Below, in pieces: positions 1 to 8,183 of a stretch of 32,000 bases of DNA. Every line of letters begins with the position of its first letter. The stretch's first letter is position 1. Source of the DNA: Ktedonobacterales bacterium (lineage in GTDB: Bacteria; Chloroflexota; Ktedonobacteria; Ktedonobacterales; JADMIN01); assembly GCA_030167145.1 (NCBI GenBank), contig CP126532.1, positions 2,760,001-2,792,000 on the forward strand, written 5' to 3'. Below the pieces are notes generated by a model. That model searched no databases and had not been told where the DNA came from. It was given only the letters and a program-made list of their open reading frames with translations. The position numbers and the translations under genes were made by a program.

Positions 1-60
1 CCGCTGCGGGTGATTGCTATCGCACCGGTGTAGACCTCTCCCCCCGGCCCCCTCCCCTAC

Positions 61-109
61 TGTATAGACCGGAGACATCCTTTACAGGTGTTCGGGGACA
101 TAGTTGACA
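61..109. repeat. Terminal inverted repeat (transposase 3' side) of the IS
   Basis: TGTATAGACCGGAGACATCCTTTACAGGTGTTCGGGGACATAGTTGACA. Contains two direct sub-repeats of GGRGACATNNTTKACA. Matches the reverse complement of 1340-1388. Confidence 0.8.
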
Positions 110-1266
110 ACAGAGCGCTGTTTAGAAACAGGATACACGCCGTGCGAACGGGTGTCCAGGGAGGCGATCCAGTGGTCGGCAAAGTAGACGGCCAGCATCC
201 CATCCACATCGGTGGGGGCCAAGGCGATGGGCTGGCCGACAAAAGCGCCGCCGACATGGTAGGCCTGCCCCTGCCAACTGATCCAGCCCTCCTGCTGGAC
301 TTTGCGCACGGTCGCGGAGGCGGCGTACTCTACGGGCGGCAACGTCTCGGGGAAGGGGCGCGGACTGGGCGTATAGTGGCGGGCCGGCACGGTGAGACCC
401 AGTGCTTCATGGGGCCGCTCCGTGTTATAGACCTGACGCCAGGTGTCGAAGACGGCTTGGGCGTGTGTCAGGTCGTGCAGCGGCTGGGCGAGGGCTTCGG
501 CGCGCAGGGTGCGGTGGAAGCGCTCGTCCTTGCCCTGGGTTTGGGGATGACGGGGACGGCCATGCCGCACCGTGACGCCCAGGCGCACCAGCCAGACACT
601 CAGGCGGGTCCAGGGCGTGGGTCCGCCCGCACTCCCCCAGGGCGCGCCGTGGTCACACAGGATACGGCGGGGCAGGCCATAGGTGCGAAAGAGCGTGGTC
701 AAGGCGGCTTGCACGGTCGCGTGCTGCTCATTGGCGCAGGCCAACACGCCCACGGCAAAGCGCGAATGGTCGTCGAGCACCGTCAAGGGATGACACCGCT
801 GGCCGCCGCCGGGGTGGGCCGTCAAGGGCAGATGCCCCTGAAAATCCATTTGCCACAGTTCATTGGGAGCGGCATAGGTAAAGCGCTGGGGCGGCGGACG
901 GCGGTGCGGGGCGCGGTCCGCTGGGGCCAGCAAGCCGTGCCGCTGCAAGATCGCGGTGATCGTGCTGGCGGCGGGGACGGGCTGGTCGGGCGCCAGCACC
1001 TGCAACCGCGCCCGCAGTTTCCGTCCGCCCCAGGCGGGATGCTGGGCGCGCAACGCCAGCACGCGCTGCTCCAGGGCGGCGGCGGTGCGGGTGGGACTGG
1101 TCGTCGGGCGGCGCGACCGCTCAGCCAGTCCCGCGCTCCCCGCCTGCTGAGCGCGGGCCACCCACTTGTAGCCCGTGGGACGACTGATCCCGAACTGGGC
1201 GCACAGCGCGCTCAGGTTGACGTCAGGCTGCGACGCCTGCGCCACAAAGGCCAAACGAAGGGACAT
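82..1266 (-). CDS. IS481-family DDE transposase (HTH plus rve integrase core)
   Basis: ATG at 1266 (MSLRLAFVAQ...), TAA at 82-84. HTH-like FGISRPTGYKW. DDE-type core motifs WQMDF, LCDHGAPW and YNTERPHEALG. The 444-aa ORF-track version starts outside the IS and is unlikely. Confidence 0.9.
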   Translation of the reverse strand: MSLRLAFVAQASQPDVNLSALCAQFGISRPTGYKWVARAQQAGSAGLAERSRRPTTSPTRTAAALEQRVLALRAQHPAWGGRKLRARLQVLAPDQPVPAASTITAILQRHGLLAPADRAPHRRPPPQRFTYAAPNELWQMDFQGHLPLTAHPGGGQRCHPLTVLDDHSRFAVGVLACANEQHATVQAALTTLFRTYGLPRRILCDHGAPWGSAGGPTPWTRLSVWLVRLGVTVRHGRPRHPQTQGKDERFHRTLRAEALAQPLHDLTHAQAVFDTWRQVYNTERPHEALGLTVPARHYTPSPRPFPETLPPVEYAASATVRKVQQEGWISWQGQAYHVGGAFVGQPIALAPTDVDGMLAVYFADHWIASLDTRSHGVYPVSKQRSVVNYVPEHL

Positions 1267-1339
1267 GGCTGATGACTCCTGCCACGGCATGGGCAACCTC
1301 CAAACAGTGTTCCTGACTCGCGGAATAGCACTGCTTGGA

Positions 1340-1388
1340 TGTAAACCATGTCTCCGAACGTGTGTAAACCATGTCCCCGGTCTATACA
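1340..1388. repeat. Terminal inverted repeat (transposase 5' side) of the IS
   Basis: TGTAAACCATGTCTCCGAACGTGTGTAAACCATGTCCCCGGTCTATACA. Its reverse complement aligns with 61-109, with mismatches only at a few positions. Confidence 0.8.
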
Positions 1389-1419
1389 CCCTACAAGGGG
1401 AGGGGGAGGATGTCACCGC

Positions 1420-2403
1420 TTACACGCTCTCGTGCGAGGGGAGGAGATCGGTGCCGGCGCGGAGTTCGGTGCGGTAGAGCGCATAGCTTTGCGCGACGCG
1501 CATGCCAGCGCGGCTGTAGAGGCGCGGCGCGCCGGTGGGGCTTTCGGCGTCTACGCTCAAATTGACTTCGCGCACACCCTGGCGATAGTACTCGGCGAAG
1601 GTGGCGTGCAGCAGGGCCAGCGCCAGCCCGCGATTGCGCCAGGGACGCCGCACACCGACGGCGCCGATCCAGCCTTCGCCAGCGGCGATTTTACCCAGGG
1701 AGACGCCGGCAATTTCGCCAGTGGGCTGGTCAATCGCCAGGAACCACAGGCCGGGATCGGCGCGCTCGATCTTGGTCATAGCCAGCCAGCGCTCGAAGAT
1801 TCCGGGCGGACGGTTCCAGGTATCCTGAAACGCTTCTTCTACGGCGTCGAAGGTGGCGCGCTCGTCTGCGCCGGGGATAAAGGCGCGGATGCTGATGTTC
1901 GCTGGTGGCGCTGGGATGGGGGGTGGGGCATCCAGGGTGATGGCCATGACGTAGATGCCGCGTACGGGAGCGTAGCCGCGCGTTTGCATCAGGCGGATGG
2001 CTGAGTCGTTGGTGGTGCGGATGTATTGCTCGACGACGACTCGCGCGCCTGTGGGCGCCCGCCCGATGCGCTCACGGGTCCAGGTTTCGCCCCACTGCGC
2101 GAGGTATGCGCCGATGCCGTGGCCGCGATAGCTGGGGTGCGTATAGCCATAGACGGAGACGCGGACGTAGCGGCGGTTGTAGAGGTCGGCATAGCCGGCT
2201 ATTTGGCCGTCTGGGGCGGTGATGAGTACCGCCTCGTCGGCGAGGTCGAGACCCTGCCAGTCGTTCGCTTGTTCTTCTGTGGTCATGGTTGCTTTGTCGC
2301 CGGTGGCCTGCTGGCAGGCGGCAATCAGATTGGCTACCGCGGCCGCATCGGCGAGGGTAGGTGGGCGGGCGGTATATCCTTGGGGAAGGGTGACGGTGGG
2401 CAT
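1420..2403 (-). CDS. GNAT-family N-acetyltransferase with two acetyltransferase domains (mycothiol-synthase-like architecture)
   Basis: ATG at 2403 preceded by AAGGAGAA. Two acetyl-CoA-binding-type motifs (HPSYRGHGIGAYL and RRPWRNRGLALAL). The N-terminal 128 aa of the ORF-track version are Pro/Thr-rich junk upstream of the RBS. Confidence 0.8.
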   Translation of the reverse strand: MPTVTLPQGYTARPPTLADAAAVANLIAACQQATGDKATMTTEEQANDWQGLDLADEAVLITAPDGQIAGYADLYNRRYVRVSVYGYTHPSYRGHGIGAYLAQWGETWTRERIGRAPTGARVVVEQYIRTTNDSAIRLMQTRGYAPVRGIYVMAITLDAPPPIPAPPANISIRAFIPGADERATFDAVEEAFQDTWNRPPGIFERWLAMTKIERADPGLWFLAIDQPTGEIAGVSLGKIAAGEGWIGAVGVRRPWRNRGLALALLHATFAEYYRQGVREVNLSVDAESPTGAPRLYSRAGMRVAQSYALYRTELRAGTDLLPSHESV

Positions 2404-2668
2404 GCGGGTTCTCCTTGGTGGCTGATTGGCGACGGGCAGATGTGCGGTTGCACTTCGTCCATGTTGCCGCGAAATAGCGAGATGGTGGGACGAAGGGACG
2501 ATGGGAGGCAGTATAGCCTGTGCGGGCCGTTGCGTGGGCGCAGATTTCCGCGTGGACATTTTTGCGAGTTCTTGGCCATCACTGGCCGGAACATGAGCGC
2601 GGCCGCCCGCCCCGGACAGTGACGGCTGGGGAATATTGTGGCGCAGCCTATTGCCTTCAGCCGTGTGG

Positions 2669-3265
2669 TTATGGAGATGGGTCGGTGGGGGTGAGTGCTG
2701 TGGGTGGGCCGTCGGGGTCGTATTCGGGGGCGGGGTGGATGTCGAAGGCGTCGGCGAGGCGCACGAACATGTTGAAGAGGGCGGCATCGTAGACGGCTTC
2801 GGCGATCTGCGCTTCGCTCCAGCCTGCGTCGCGCAGCGCCTGAACCTGGGCGTCGGTGACGCGGTAGGCGTGGCGGGTGACGGTGGCGACGAAGTCGAGC
2901 AGGAGCCGCTCGGCGGGGGTGATGGGGGCGTCGTCGAGGTTGGCGTCGCGGATGGCCCGGGCGACGGGTGCGAAGTGTTCGCCCTGCAACTGCAGGAACC
3001 ATGCGTGGTTGCTGAGTCAGTAGTGGCAGTGGGAGAGAGCGGCGACGTAGGAGGCGATCATTTCGTGCTGGGCGCGGGTGAGCGCGCCATCGGTGAAGTG
3101 GAGGCGCGAGGCCTGGAGGATGGCGTCCATGAAGTCTGGACGCTGGCTCATGGTGCGCATGATGTCGGGAACGCTGCCGGTTGGGGAGGTGTGGCGCATG
3201 CGGGCGTAGAGGTCGGCGAGGGGTCCGGTGGCGTGGTCGTCGTCTATCCAGCCGATGCGAGGCAT
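2669..3265 (-). CDS. Carboxymuconolactone-decarboxylase (AhpD-like) family peroxidase-related protein interrupted by an in-frame TGA at 3017-3019 (selenoprotein candidate or pseudogene)
   Basis: ORFs 3017-3265 and 2669-2989 are in the same frame. Read-through gives ...YVAALSHCHY[TGA]LSNHAWFLQLQGEHF..., which matches the family motif CxYCxxxH with the stop at the second Cys. ATG at 3265 is preceded by AAGGAG. N-terminus MPRIGWIDDD.. is typical of this family. Confidence 0.7.
2977..3000 (-). other. SECIS-like hairpin candidate downstream of the in-frame TGA
   Basis: mRNA GGUU-CCUGC-AGUU-GCAGG-GCG-AAC: a 5-bp GC-rich stem with loop AGUU (contains GU), extended by GUU/AAC across a 3-nt bulge. 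The apical loop starts 25 nt after the UGA. Confidence 0.3.
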
Positions 3266-3520
3266 GGTGGCGCTCCTTTCGTTGATCTGTCGCTGTTAGT
3301 GTGTGTCGGTTTGGCGTGGATGTCAAGGGTCGGTGACGCGCTATTGGGCGGCGACGGCGGGCGCGCCCGCGGCGATTGCCGGAGTTTGGTCGGAAGAGCG
3401 TGGCGGCGGGGAAGGGTGGGATGGAGGCGTGGCGGTGGATAGGAATGCAGTGGCATTGTTCGTGCCGCTATAGCGTAGCCACAGGCGCGGGGCTGACGCG
3501 ACGCATGAAGGAGGAGACCA

Positions 3521-5461
3521 ATGGCGCTGGGATTACCGACAAGACAGGTAAGAGATATTCCTCGTGGGGGAATTGCCGATCAGGCGTGGTGGGCGTATGG
3601 AGATACGCCGGTGCGCGTGGCGGAGTCGCTGACGCCGTTGGTGGATGGGCGGGCGACGATGCTGGCGCTGTGTGCGGCGTTCCTGGCGGCGAAGGAACGT
3701 ATCTGGCTGGCGGATTGGGATTTGCATGCGCGGCTGCTGATGGTGCGCGGGCGCGATCAGCGCGCGGGGCCGGATGGCTCGCCGGAGCAGGAGGCACTGC
3801 TGGCGCGGCTGCGTGCGGCGGGGCTGGATGACGATGCGCTGGCGCAATGGGCGAGTGGCGCGTTGCGGGTGATAGATGTGCTGGGTTTCGCGGCGCAGCG
3901 GGGGGTGGATGTGCGGGTGTTGTTGTGGCATCCGTACAATCCGTTCGGGCTGATACATATGATCAACAATGCACGGGCGAACTGGCGGACGTTGACGGCG
4001 GAGGGGATTGCGTGCCGGTTGGATAAGAGCAGCCGGTCGCGATTGCATGCGGCGCGGGCACTGCATCAGAAATGCGCGGTGGTGGATGCGCGGACGGCGT
4101 TCATCGGCGGGGTGGATATGACGGTGCAGTTTGGCGGCGATTTCGACCGTTGGGATACGCCCGCGCACCTCTTCGAGGGGATGACGCGGCGGTCGGATCT
4201 GGGTCCGTCGCCGCACCCATGGCATGACGCGCATGTGATGGTGGTGGGGGAGCCGGCGCGCGATGTGGCGCGGAACTTTGTGCAGCGCTGGGAAGAGGCG
4301 GGGCGTCCGTGGTATCGGCGCGCCGCGCCGCCGCTGGTGCGGCTGACGCGGATGTATGCTTCTGGGCAGCGGGCGAGTGGGCAACGGGCGTTGTTGCGGT
4401 CGGAGCGGGGTGTGCTGCCGCCGGGGGCGGGGCCGGAGGTGGCAGGTGCGGGCGCACGGGTGCAGGTGATTCGCACGATTCCGGCGCTGACGTATCGTTT
4501 CGCACCGGCGGGGATTCATGGGATTGCGCAGGCGTATACGCTGGCGGCGCGGCGAGCGGAGCGGTTCATCTATCTGGAGAGCCAGTATTTGTGGCTGGAG
4601 ACTTTTATTGGGTTGAAGTCGCCACGGGTGGGGCCGACGAGCCACCATATGAAGGCGTTGCTGACGGAACTGGCGACGGCGGCGGAGCGCGGGGTGACGA
4701 TTGCGCTGGTGCTGCCGGATCATCCGAACTGCGGGCGGGCATATACGGATGCGACGATTGCCTGGCTGCGCGAGCAGGCGCCACATGCGGCGGCAGAGGG
4801 ACGGCTGCATTTCTTTTGCCTGGCGACCTCGGCGCCGCATGCGAAGAATGGGATGATGCGCTACCGGCCGATCTATGTGCATGCGAAGGTGGCGGTGGTG
4901 GATGATCGCTGGGCGACGCTGGGGTCGGCGAACCTGAATAGCCGTGGTATGGGACATGATGCGGAGCTGAACCTGGCGGTGCTGGATACGGCATTCGCGC
5001 GGAGTCTGCGGCTGCTGTTGTGGTCGGAGCATACGGGGTTGCAGCCGGAGGCGCATACGGGCTGGCCTGCTCCGGCGGCGTTGCCGTTGTTGCGCCCGCT
5101 GGAGATGCCATCCAGTGCGGGGGTGTCGGCGTTGGCTGAGGTTATCGAGCCGTGGCGGGAATCGGTGGCACTGGCAAATGGGGCGGTGGAAGGGGCAGGC
5201 GCGGGGCGTGATGCGATGGAGGTGGCGTGGTCCAGGCTGGAAGATCCGGTGGCGGGCATTGGGTATCTGGCGGATTGCGCGTCGAGGAATCTGACGCGGT
5301 TGCGCGCGGGTGAGGCGCTGGCGGGGCAGTTGCTGCCGTATCTGCGCGCTGAGGAGGGCGAGGCGAATGGTGTGGTGGTGGATAAGGAGCGCGGGCTGCT
5401 GAATCCGTTGCGCGCGGCGCGCGAGGGGGTGCGGGTGCGGCATCATGGGAAGTATGTGTGA
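3521..5461 (+). CDS. Phospholipase D / cardiolipin-synthase superfamily protein with two HKD motifs
   Basis: ATG at 3521 preceded by GAAGGAGGAG. HKD motifs HQKCAVVDARTAFIGGVDM and HAKVAVVDDRWATLGSANLNSRG. Confidence 0.85.
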   Translation: MALGLPTRQVRDIPRGGIADQAWWAYGDTPVRVAESLTPLVDGRATMLALCAAFLAAKERIWLADWDLHARLLMVRGRDQRAGPDGSPEQEALLARLRAAGLDDDALAQWASGALRVIDVLGFAAQRGVDVRVLLWHPYNPFGLIHMINNARANWRTLTAEGIACRLDKSSRSRLHAARALHQKCAVVDARTAFIGGVDMTVQFGGDFDRWDTPAHLFEGMTRRSDLGPSPHPWHDAHVMVVGEPARDVARNFVQRWEEAGRPWYRRAAPPLVRLTRMYASGQRASGQRALLRSERGVLPPGAGPEVAGAGARVQVIRTIPALTYRFAPAGIHGIAQAYTLAARRAERFIYLESQYLWLETFIGLKSPRVGPTSHHMKALLTELATAAERGVTIALVLPDHPNCGRAYTDATIAWLREQAPHAAAEGRLHFFCLATSAPHAKNGMMRYRPIYVHAKVAVVDDRWATLGSANLNSRGMGHDAELNLAVLDTAFARSLRLLLWSEHTGLQPEAHTGWPAPAALPLLRPLEMPSSAGVSALAEVIEPWRESVALANGAVEGAGAGRDAMEVAWSRLEDPVAGIGYLADCASRNLTRLRAGEALAGQLLPYLRAEEGEANGVVVDKERGLLNPLRAAREGVRVRHHGKYV

Positions 5462-5468
5462 TGGGGGA

Positions 5469-5491
5469 GCGGGCGGTTGAAACCGCGCCTG
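5469..5491 (+). repeat. Dispersed 23-bp repeat R2 (GCGGGCGGTTGAAACCGCGCCTG), copy 1
   Basis: Identical 23-mer at 17988-18010. Both copies sit just downstream of a + strand transcription unit (the PLD gene stop here, the rRNA terminator there). Can form a short GGCGG/CCGC hairpin. Confidence 0.7.
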
Positions 5492-5633
5492 AAGGCCTGC
5501 GGCCGCGAAACCCGCCTGCGCGGGTTCGGGACAGACCGATGTCCGCCATAAAAAGTAAAAGTGCATAACGCCGCGGGTAATCTGGTGCGGATGAGGGCCG
5601 CGAATGGCGAACGGGGTGGTAAGGGGAGGACGT

Positions 5634-5656
5634 AGCATGAATGCCGAGGGTAATCC
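5634..5656 (+). repeat. Dispersed 23-bp repeat R3 (AGCATGAATGCCGNGGGTAATCC), copy 1
   Basis: 22/23 identical to 28649-28671. The core CGCGGGTAATC also occurs at 5572-5582 and 5661-5671. Confidence 0.65.
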
Positions 5657-5707
5657 TGGGCGCGGGTAATCGGGGTGGGGGAGGTGGGTGGTTGAAATAA
5701 GGCAGTG

Positions 5708-5776
5708 GGCAGACAGGAAGGTCCGCCCCACCACCAGAGGCAGAACCACCAGAGGCAGACAGGAAGGTCCGCCCCA
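5708..5776 (+). repeat. Local direct repeats: 23-bp GGCAGACAGGAAGGTCCGCCCCA x2 enclosing 14-bp CCACCAGAGGCAGA x2
   Basis: 23-mer at 5708-5730 and 5754-5776. 14-mer at 5731-5744 and 5746-5759. Confidence 0.8.
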
Positions 5777-5802
5777 CTGGTGCGATGGGCATTCGGCGGG
5801 CT

Positions 5803-5829
5803 GCGGGCGTCCGCCGGACGCCCCTACGA
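5803..5829 (+). repeat. Dispersed palindromic repeat R1 (GCGGGCGTCCGCCGGACGCCCCTACGA), intergenic copy
   Basis: The core GGGCGTCC-GCC-GGACGCCC is a perfect 8-bp stem. Identical 27-mers at 10957-10983 and 11002-11028; 26/27 at 25929-25955; a degenerate copy at 25871-25897. Confidence 0.85.
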
Positions 5830-5941
5830 AAGCGCGACGCCATGCGCCCTGACGCAAGCAGGCATGCGCCTCTACGGATGGCCAGTGATTGCGAGAGGTG
5901 CGTTGAAGAGGAAGAGATGTGGGGGGAGAGCGGGTGCGGCG

Positions 5942-5950
5942 TGCTAAAAT
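5942..5950 (+). promoter_or_regulatory. Extended -10 promoter candidate for the acyl-CoA synthetase gene
   Basis: TGcTAAAAT about 85 nt upstream of ATG 6036. No convincing -35 hexamer. Confidence 0.3.
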
Positions 5951-6035
5951 GGCGGGTGGATGGTCGTGGGAGCGGCGCGGCGCGATGAGGCGGGCGCGCT
6001 GGACGACACAGGACGACGACAAGGGGGCGTGCGGT

Positions 6036-8000
6036 ATGAGCGTGGAGAACTGGGAGAGCCTGAGCGAGCCGGTAGCGTGGAAGCCGACGGAGGAGTATCG
6101 CCAGCGGAGCCGGTTGTTGCGCTTCATGCGGCGGCACGGCATTGGCGAGTACGCGGAGTTGCTGGCGCGCGCGGATGCGGATCCGGCGTGGTTCTGGGAT
6201 GCGGTGTCGGATGACCTGGGGTTGGTGTGGCAGCGGCGCTATACGCAGGTGACGGATACGTCGCGGGGGATTCCGTGGACGCGGTGGTATACGGGCGGGC
6301 AGTTCAATTATACGGTGACGGCGCTGGATGCGCATGCGGTGGGTGAGGATGCGGACCGGCTGGCGGTGACGTGGGAGGGCGAGGATGGCACGCTGCGGCG
6401 CTATACGTATGGCGCGCTGCTGGCGATGACACATCGGGCGGCAAATGCGCTGCGGGCGCTGGGGGTGGGCAAGGGCGACCGGGTGGCGATCTATATGCCG
6501 ATGCTGCCGGAGACGGTGGCGGCGACGCTGGCCTGCGGGAAGCTGGGCGCGATCTATATGCCGGTGTTTTCGGGCTATGGGGCGGAGGCGGTGGCGACGC
6601 GGCTGCAAGATAGCGGCGCGAAGGTGGTGATTACGGCGGATGGCTATACGCGGCGCGGCAAGCTGGTGAATATGAAGGAGACGGCGGACGCGGCGGTGGC
6701 GGAGTCGCCAGCGGTGGAGCGGGTGCTGGTGGTGCGGCGGATGCGGAATGAGGTGGTTTGGAATAGCGAGCGGGATGTGTGGTGGGATGAGGTGGTGGAT
6801 GGGGCGTCGGCGGAGTTCGAGACGGTGGTGACTGAGGCGGAAGATCCGTATATGCTGATCTATACGTCGGGGACGACGGGGAAGCCGAAGGGCGCGGTGC
6901 ATGCGCATTGCGGGTTTCCGGTGAAGGGCGCGCAGGATATGGCGCATCTGTTTGATGTGCAGGCGGATGATACGCTGTTCTGGCTGACGGATATTGGCTG
7001 GATGATGGGGCCGTGGGCGATCAGTGGGGCGCTGATGCTGGGGGCGACGCTGGCGATCTATGACGGGACGCCGGATTATCCCGCGCCGGACCGGCTGTGG
7101 GAGTTCGCGGAGCGGCACGGGGTGACGGTGATGGGCATCGCGCCGACGGTGATTCGCTCGCTGATGACGCACGGCGATGAGTTGGTGACGCGGCACGATT
7201 TGAGCAGGCTGCGGATTCTGGGGGCGAGTGGGGAGCCGTGGAACTCGGCGCCGTGGCACTGGGCGTTCGAGGTGGTGGGCGGGGGACGCTGCCCGATCAT
7301 CAATTATTCGGGTGGGACGGAGGTGTCGGGGGGGATCGTGGGCTGCACGACGATTACGCCGATCAAGCCGTGCTCGTTTGCGGGGCCGGTGCCGGGGATG
7401 GCGGCGGATGTGGTGGATGAGGGGGGGCAGCCAGTGCGCGGGCAGGTGGGTGAGTTGGTGATTCGCCAGCCGTGGCCGGGGATGACGCGCGGCTTCTGGC
7501 AGGCGCCAGAACGCTATGAGAGTGCGTATTGGGAGCGGTTTCCGGGGTTATGGGTGCATGGGGATTTCGCGGTGATTGATGGCGATGGGTTCTGGTATAT
7601 TTTGGGGCGCTCGGACGATACGATCAAGGTGGCGGGCAAGCGACTGGGTCCGGCGGAGGTGGAGTCGGCGGCGGTGGCGCATGCGGCGGTGAGCGAGGCA
7701 GCGGCGGTGGGGGTTCCGCATGAGGTGAAGGGCGAGGCGATTGCGGTATTCGTGGTGCTGCGGCCAGGGGTGGAGCCGTCGGAGGGGCTGCGCGAGGAGA
7801 TTCGCGCGGAGGTGGTGAAGGCGCTGGGTCCAGCGCTGAAGCCGGAGTCGGTGCTGTTCGTGCGGGCGCTGCCGAAGACGCGCAACGGGAAGGTGCTGCG
7901 GCGGCTGATTCGGGCGCGGCACCTGGGGCGGACGGATCTGGGAGATCTGTCGTCGTTGGAGAGCGTGGATGCGCTAGAGGCTATCGCGGCGGCGCGGTAG
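6036..8000 (+). CDS. AMP-forming acetyl/acyl-CoA synthetase family protein
   Basis: ATG at 6036 after AAGGGGG. Adenylate-forming motifs YTSGTTGKPKG, SGGTEVSG and DDTIKVAGKRLGPAEVE. Length (654 aa) and N-terminal region resemble Acs-type ligases. Confidence 0.9.
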   Translation: MSVENWESLSEPVAWKPTEEYRQRSRLLRFMRRHGIGEYAELLARADADPAWFWDAVSDDLGLVWQRRYTQVTDTSRGIPWTRWYTGGQFNYTVTALDAHAVGEDADRLAVTWEGEDGTLRRYTYGALLAMTHRAANALRALGVGKGDRVAIYMPMLPETVAATLACGKLGAIYMPVFSGYGAEAVATRLQDSGAKVVITADGYTRRGKLVNMKETADAAVAESPAVERVLVVRRMRNEVVWNSERDVWWDEVVDGASAEFETVVTEAEDPYMLIYTSGTTGKPKGAVHAHCGFPVKGAQDMAHLFDVQADDTLFWLTDIGWMMGPWAISGALMLGATLAIYDGTPDYPAPDRLWEFAERHGVTVMGIAPTVIRSLMTHGDELVTRHDLSRLRILGASGEPWNSAPWHWAFEVVGGGRCPIINYSGGTEVSGGIVGCTTITPIKPCSFAGPVPGMAADVVDEGGQPVRGQVGELVIRQPWPGMTRGFWQAPERYESAYWERFPGLWVHGDFAVIDGDGFWYILGRSDDTIKVAGKRLGPAEVESAAVAHAAVSEAAAVGVPHEVKGEAIAVFVVLRPGVEPSEGLREEIRAEVVKALGPALKPESVLFVRALPKTRNGKVLRRLIRARHLGRTDLGDLSSLESVDALEAIAAAR

Positions 8001-8058
8001 ACCTCTGTTTATGGTCCGGCCCAATGCGGCGGGGGTGATAGGCGAGGGCGCGGGTTCG

Positions 8059-8067
8059 TGCTACACT
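8059..8067 (+). promoter_or_regulatory. Extended -10 promoter candidate for the GT-C gene pair
   Basis: TGcTACACT about 115 nt upstream of GTG 8184. Confidence 0.3.
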
Positions 8068-8183
8068 CCACTGTGATGTTGAGCAGTGGTTCTCGGCATT
8101 GGGGTGGTGTGGCAGGGCGTATGCATTATGTGCCGATGAACTGAGCGAGAACTGCTGGAGATTATGAGGGGGTAGAGAGAGCC

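Larger units (their letters stand above)
61..1388 (-). mobile_element. IS481-family insertion sequence, 1328 bp, apparently intact
   Basis: 49-bp imperfect terminal inverted repeats (61-109 vs reverse complement of 1340-1388); the outer 12 bp TGTATAGACCGG are identical. Flanked by the 6-bp direct repeat CCCTAC (55-60 and 1389-1394). A single transposase ORF fills the element. Confidence 0.85.

Noticed and set aside
88-1272. 394-aa + strand ORF inside the IS
   Set aside because: It is antisense to the transposase gene. It is Gly/Arg-rich with no motifs and is a GC-driven shadow frame.
3445-3475. TGGCAT-N5-GTGC resembling a sigma-54 -24/-12 element upstream of the PLD gene
   Set aside because: The -12 element lacks the TTGC core. 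No enhancer-binding-protein context is visible.
3533-6142. 869-aa ORF on the minus strand, with the similar 705-aa ORF 5142-7259
   Set aside because: It is antisense to the well-supported PLD and acyl-CoA synthetase genes. The translation is Arg/Pro/His-rich low complexity, typical of shadow ORFs in high-GC DNA, and it runs through repeat-filled intergenic DNA.
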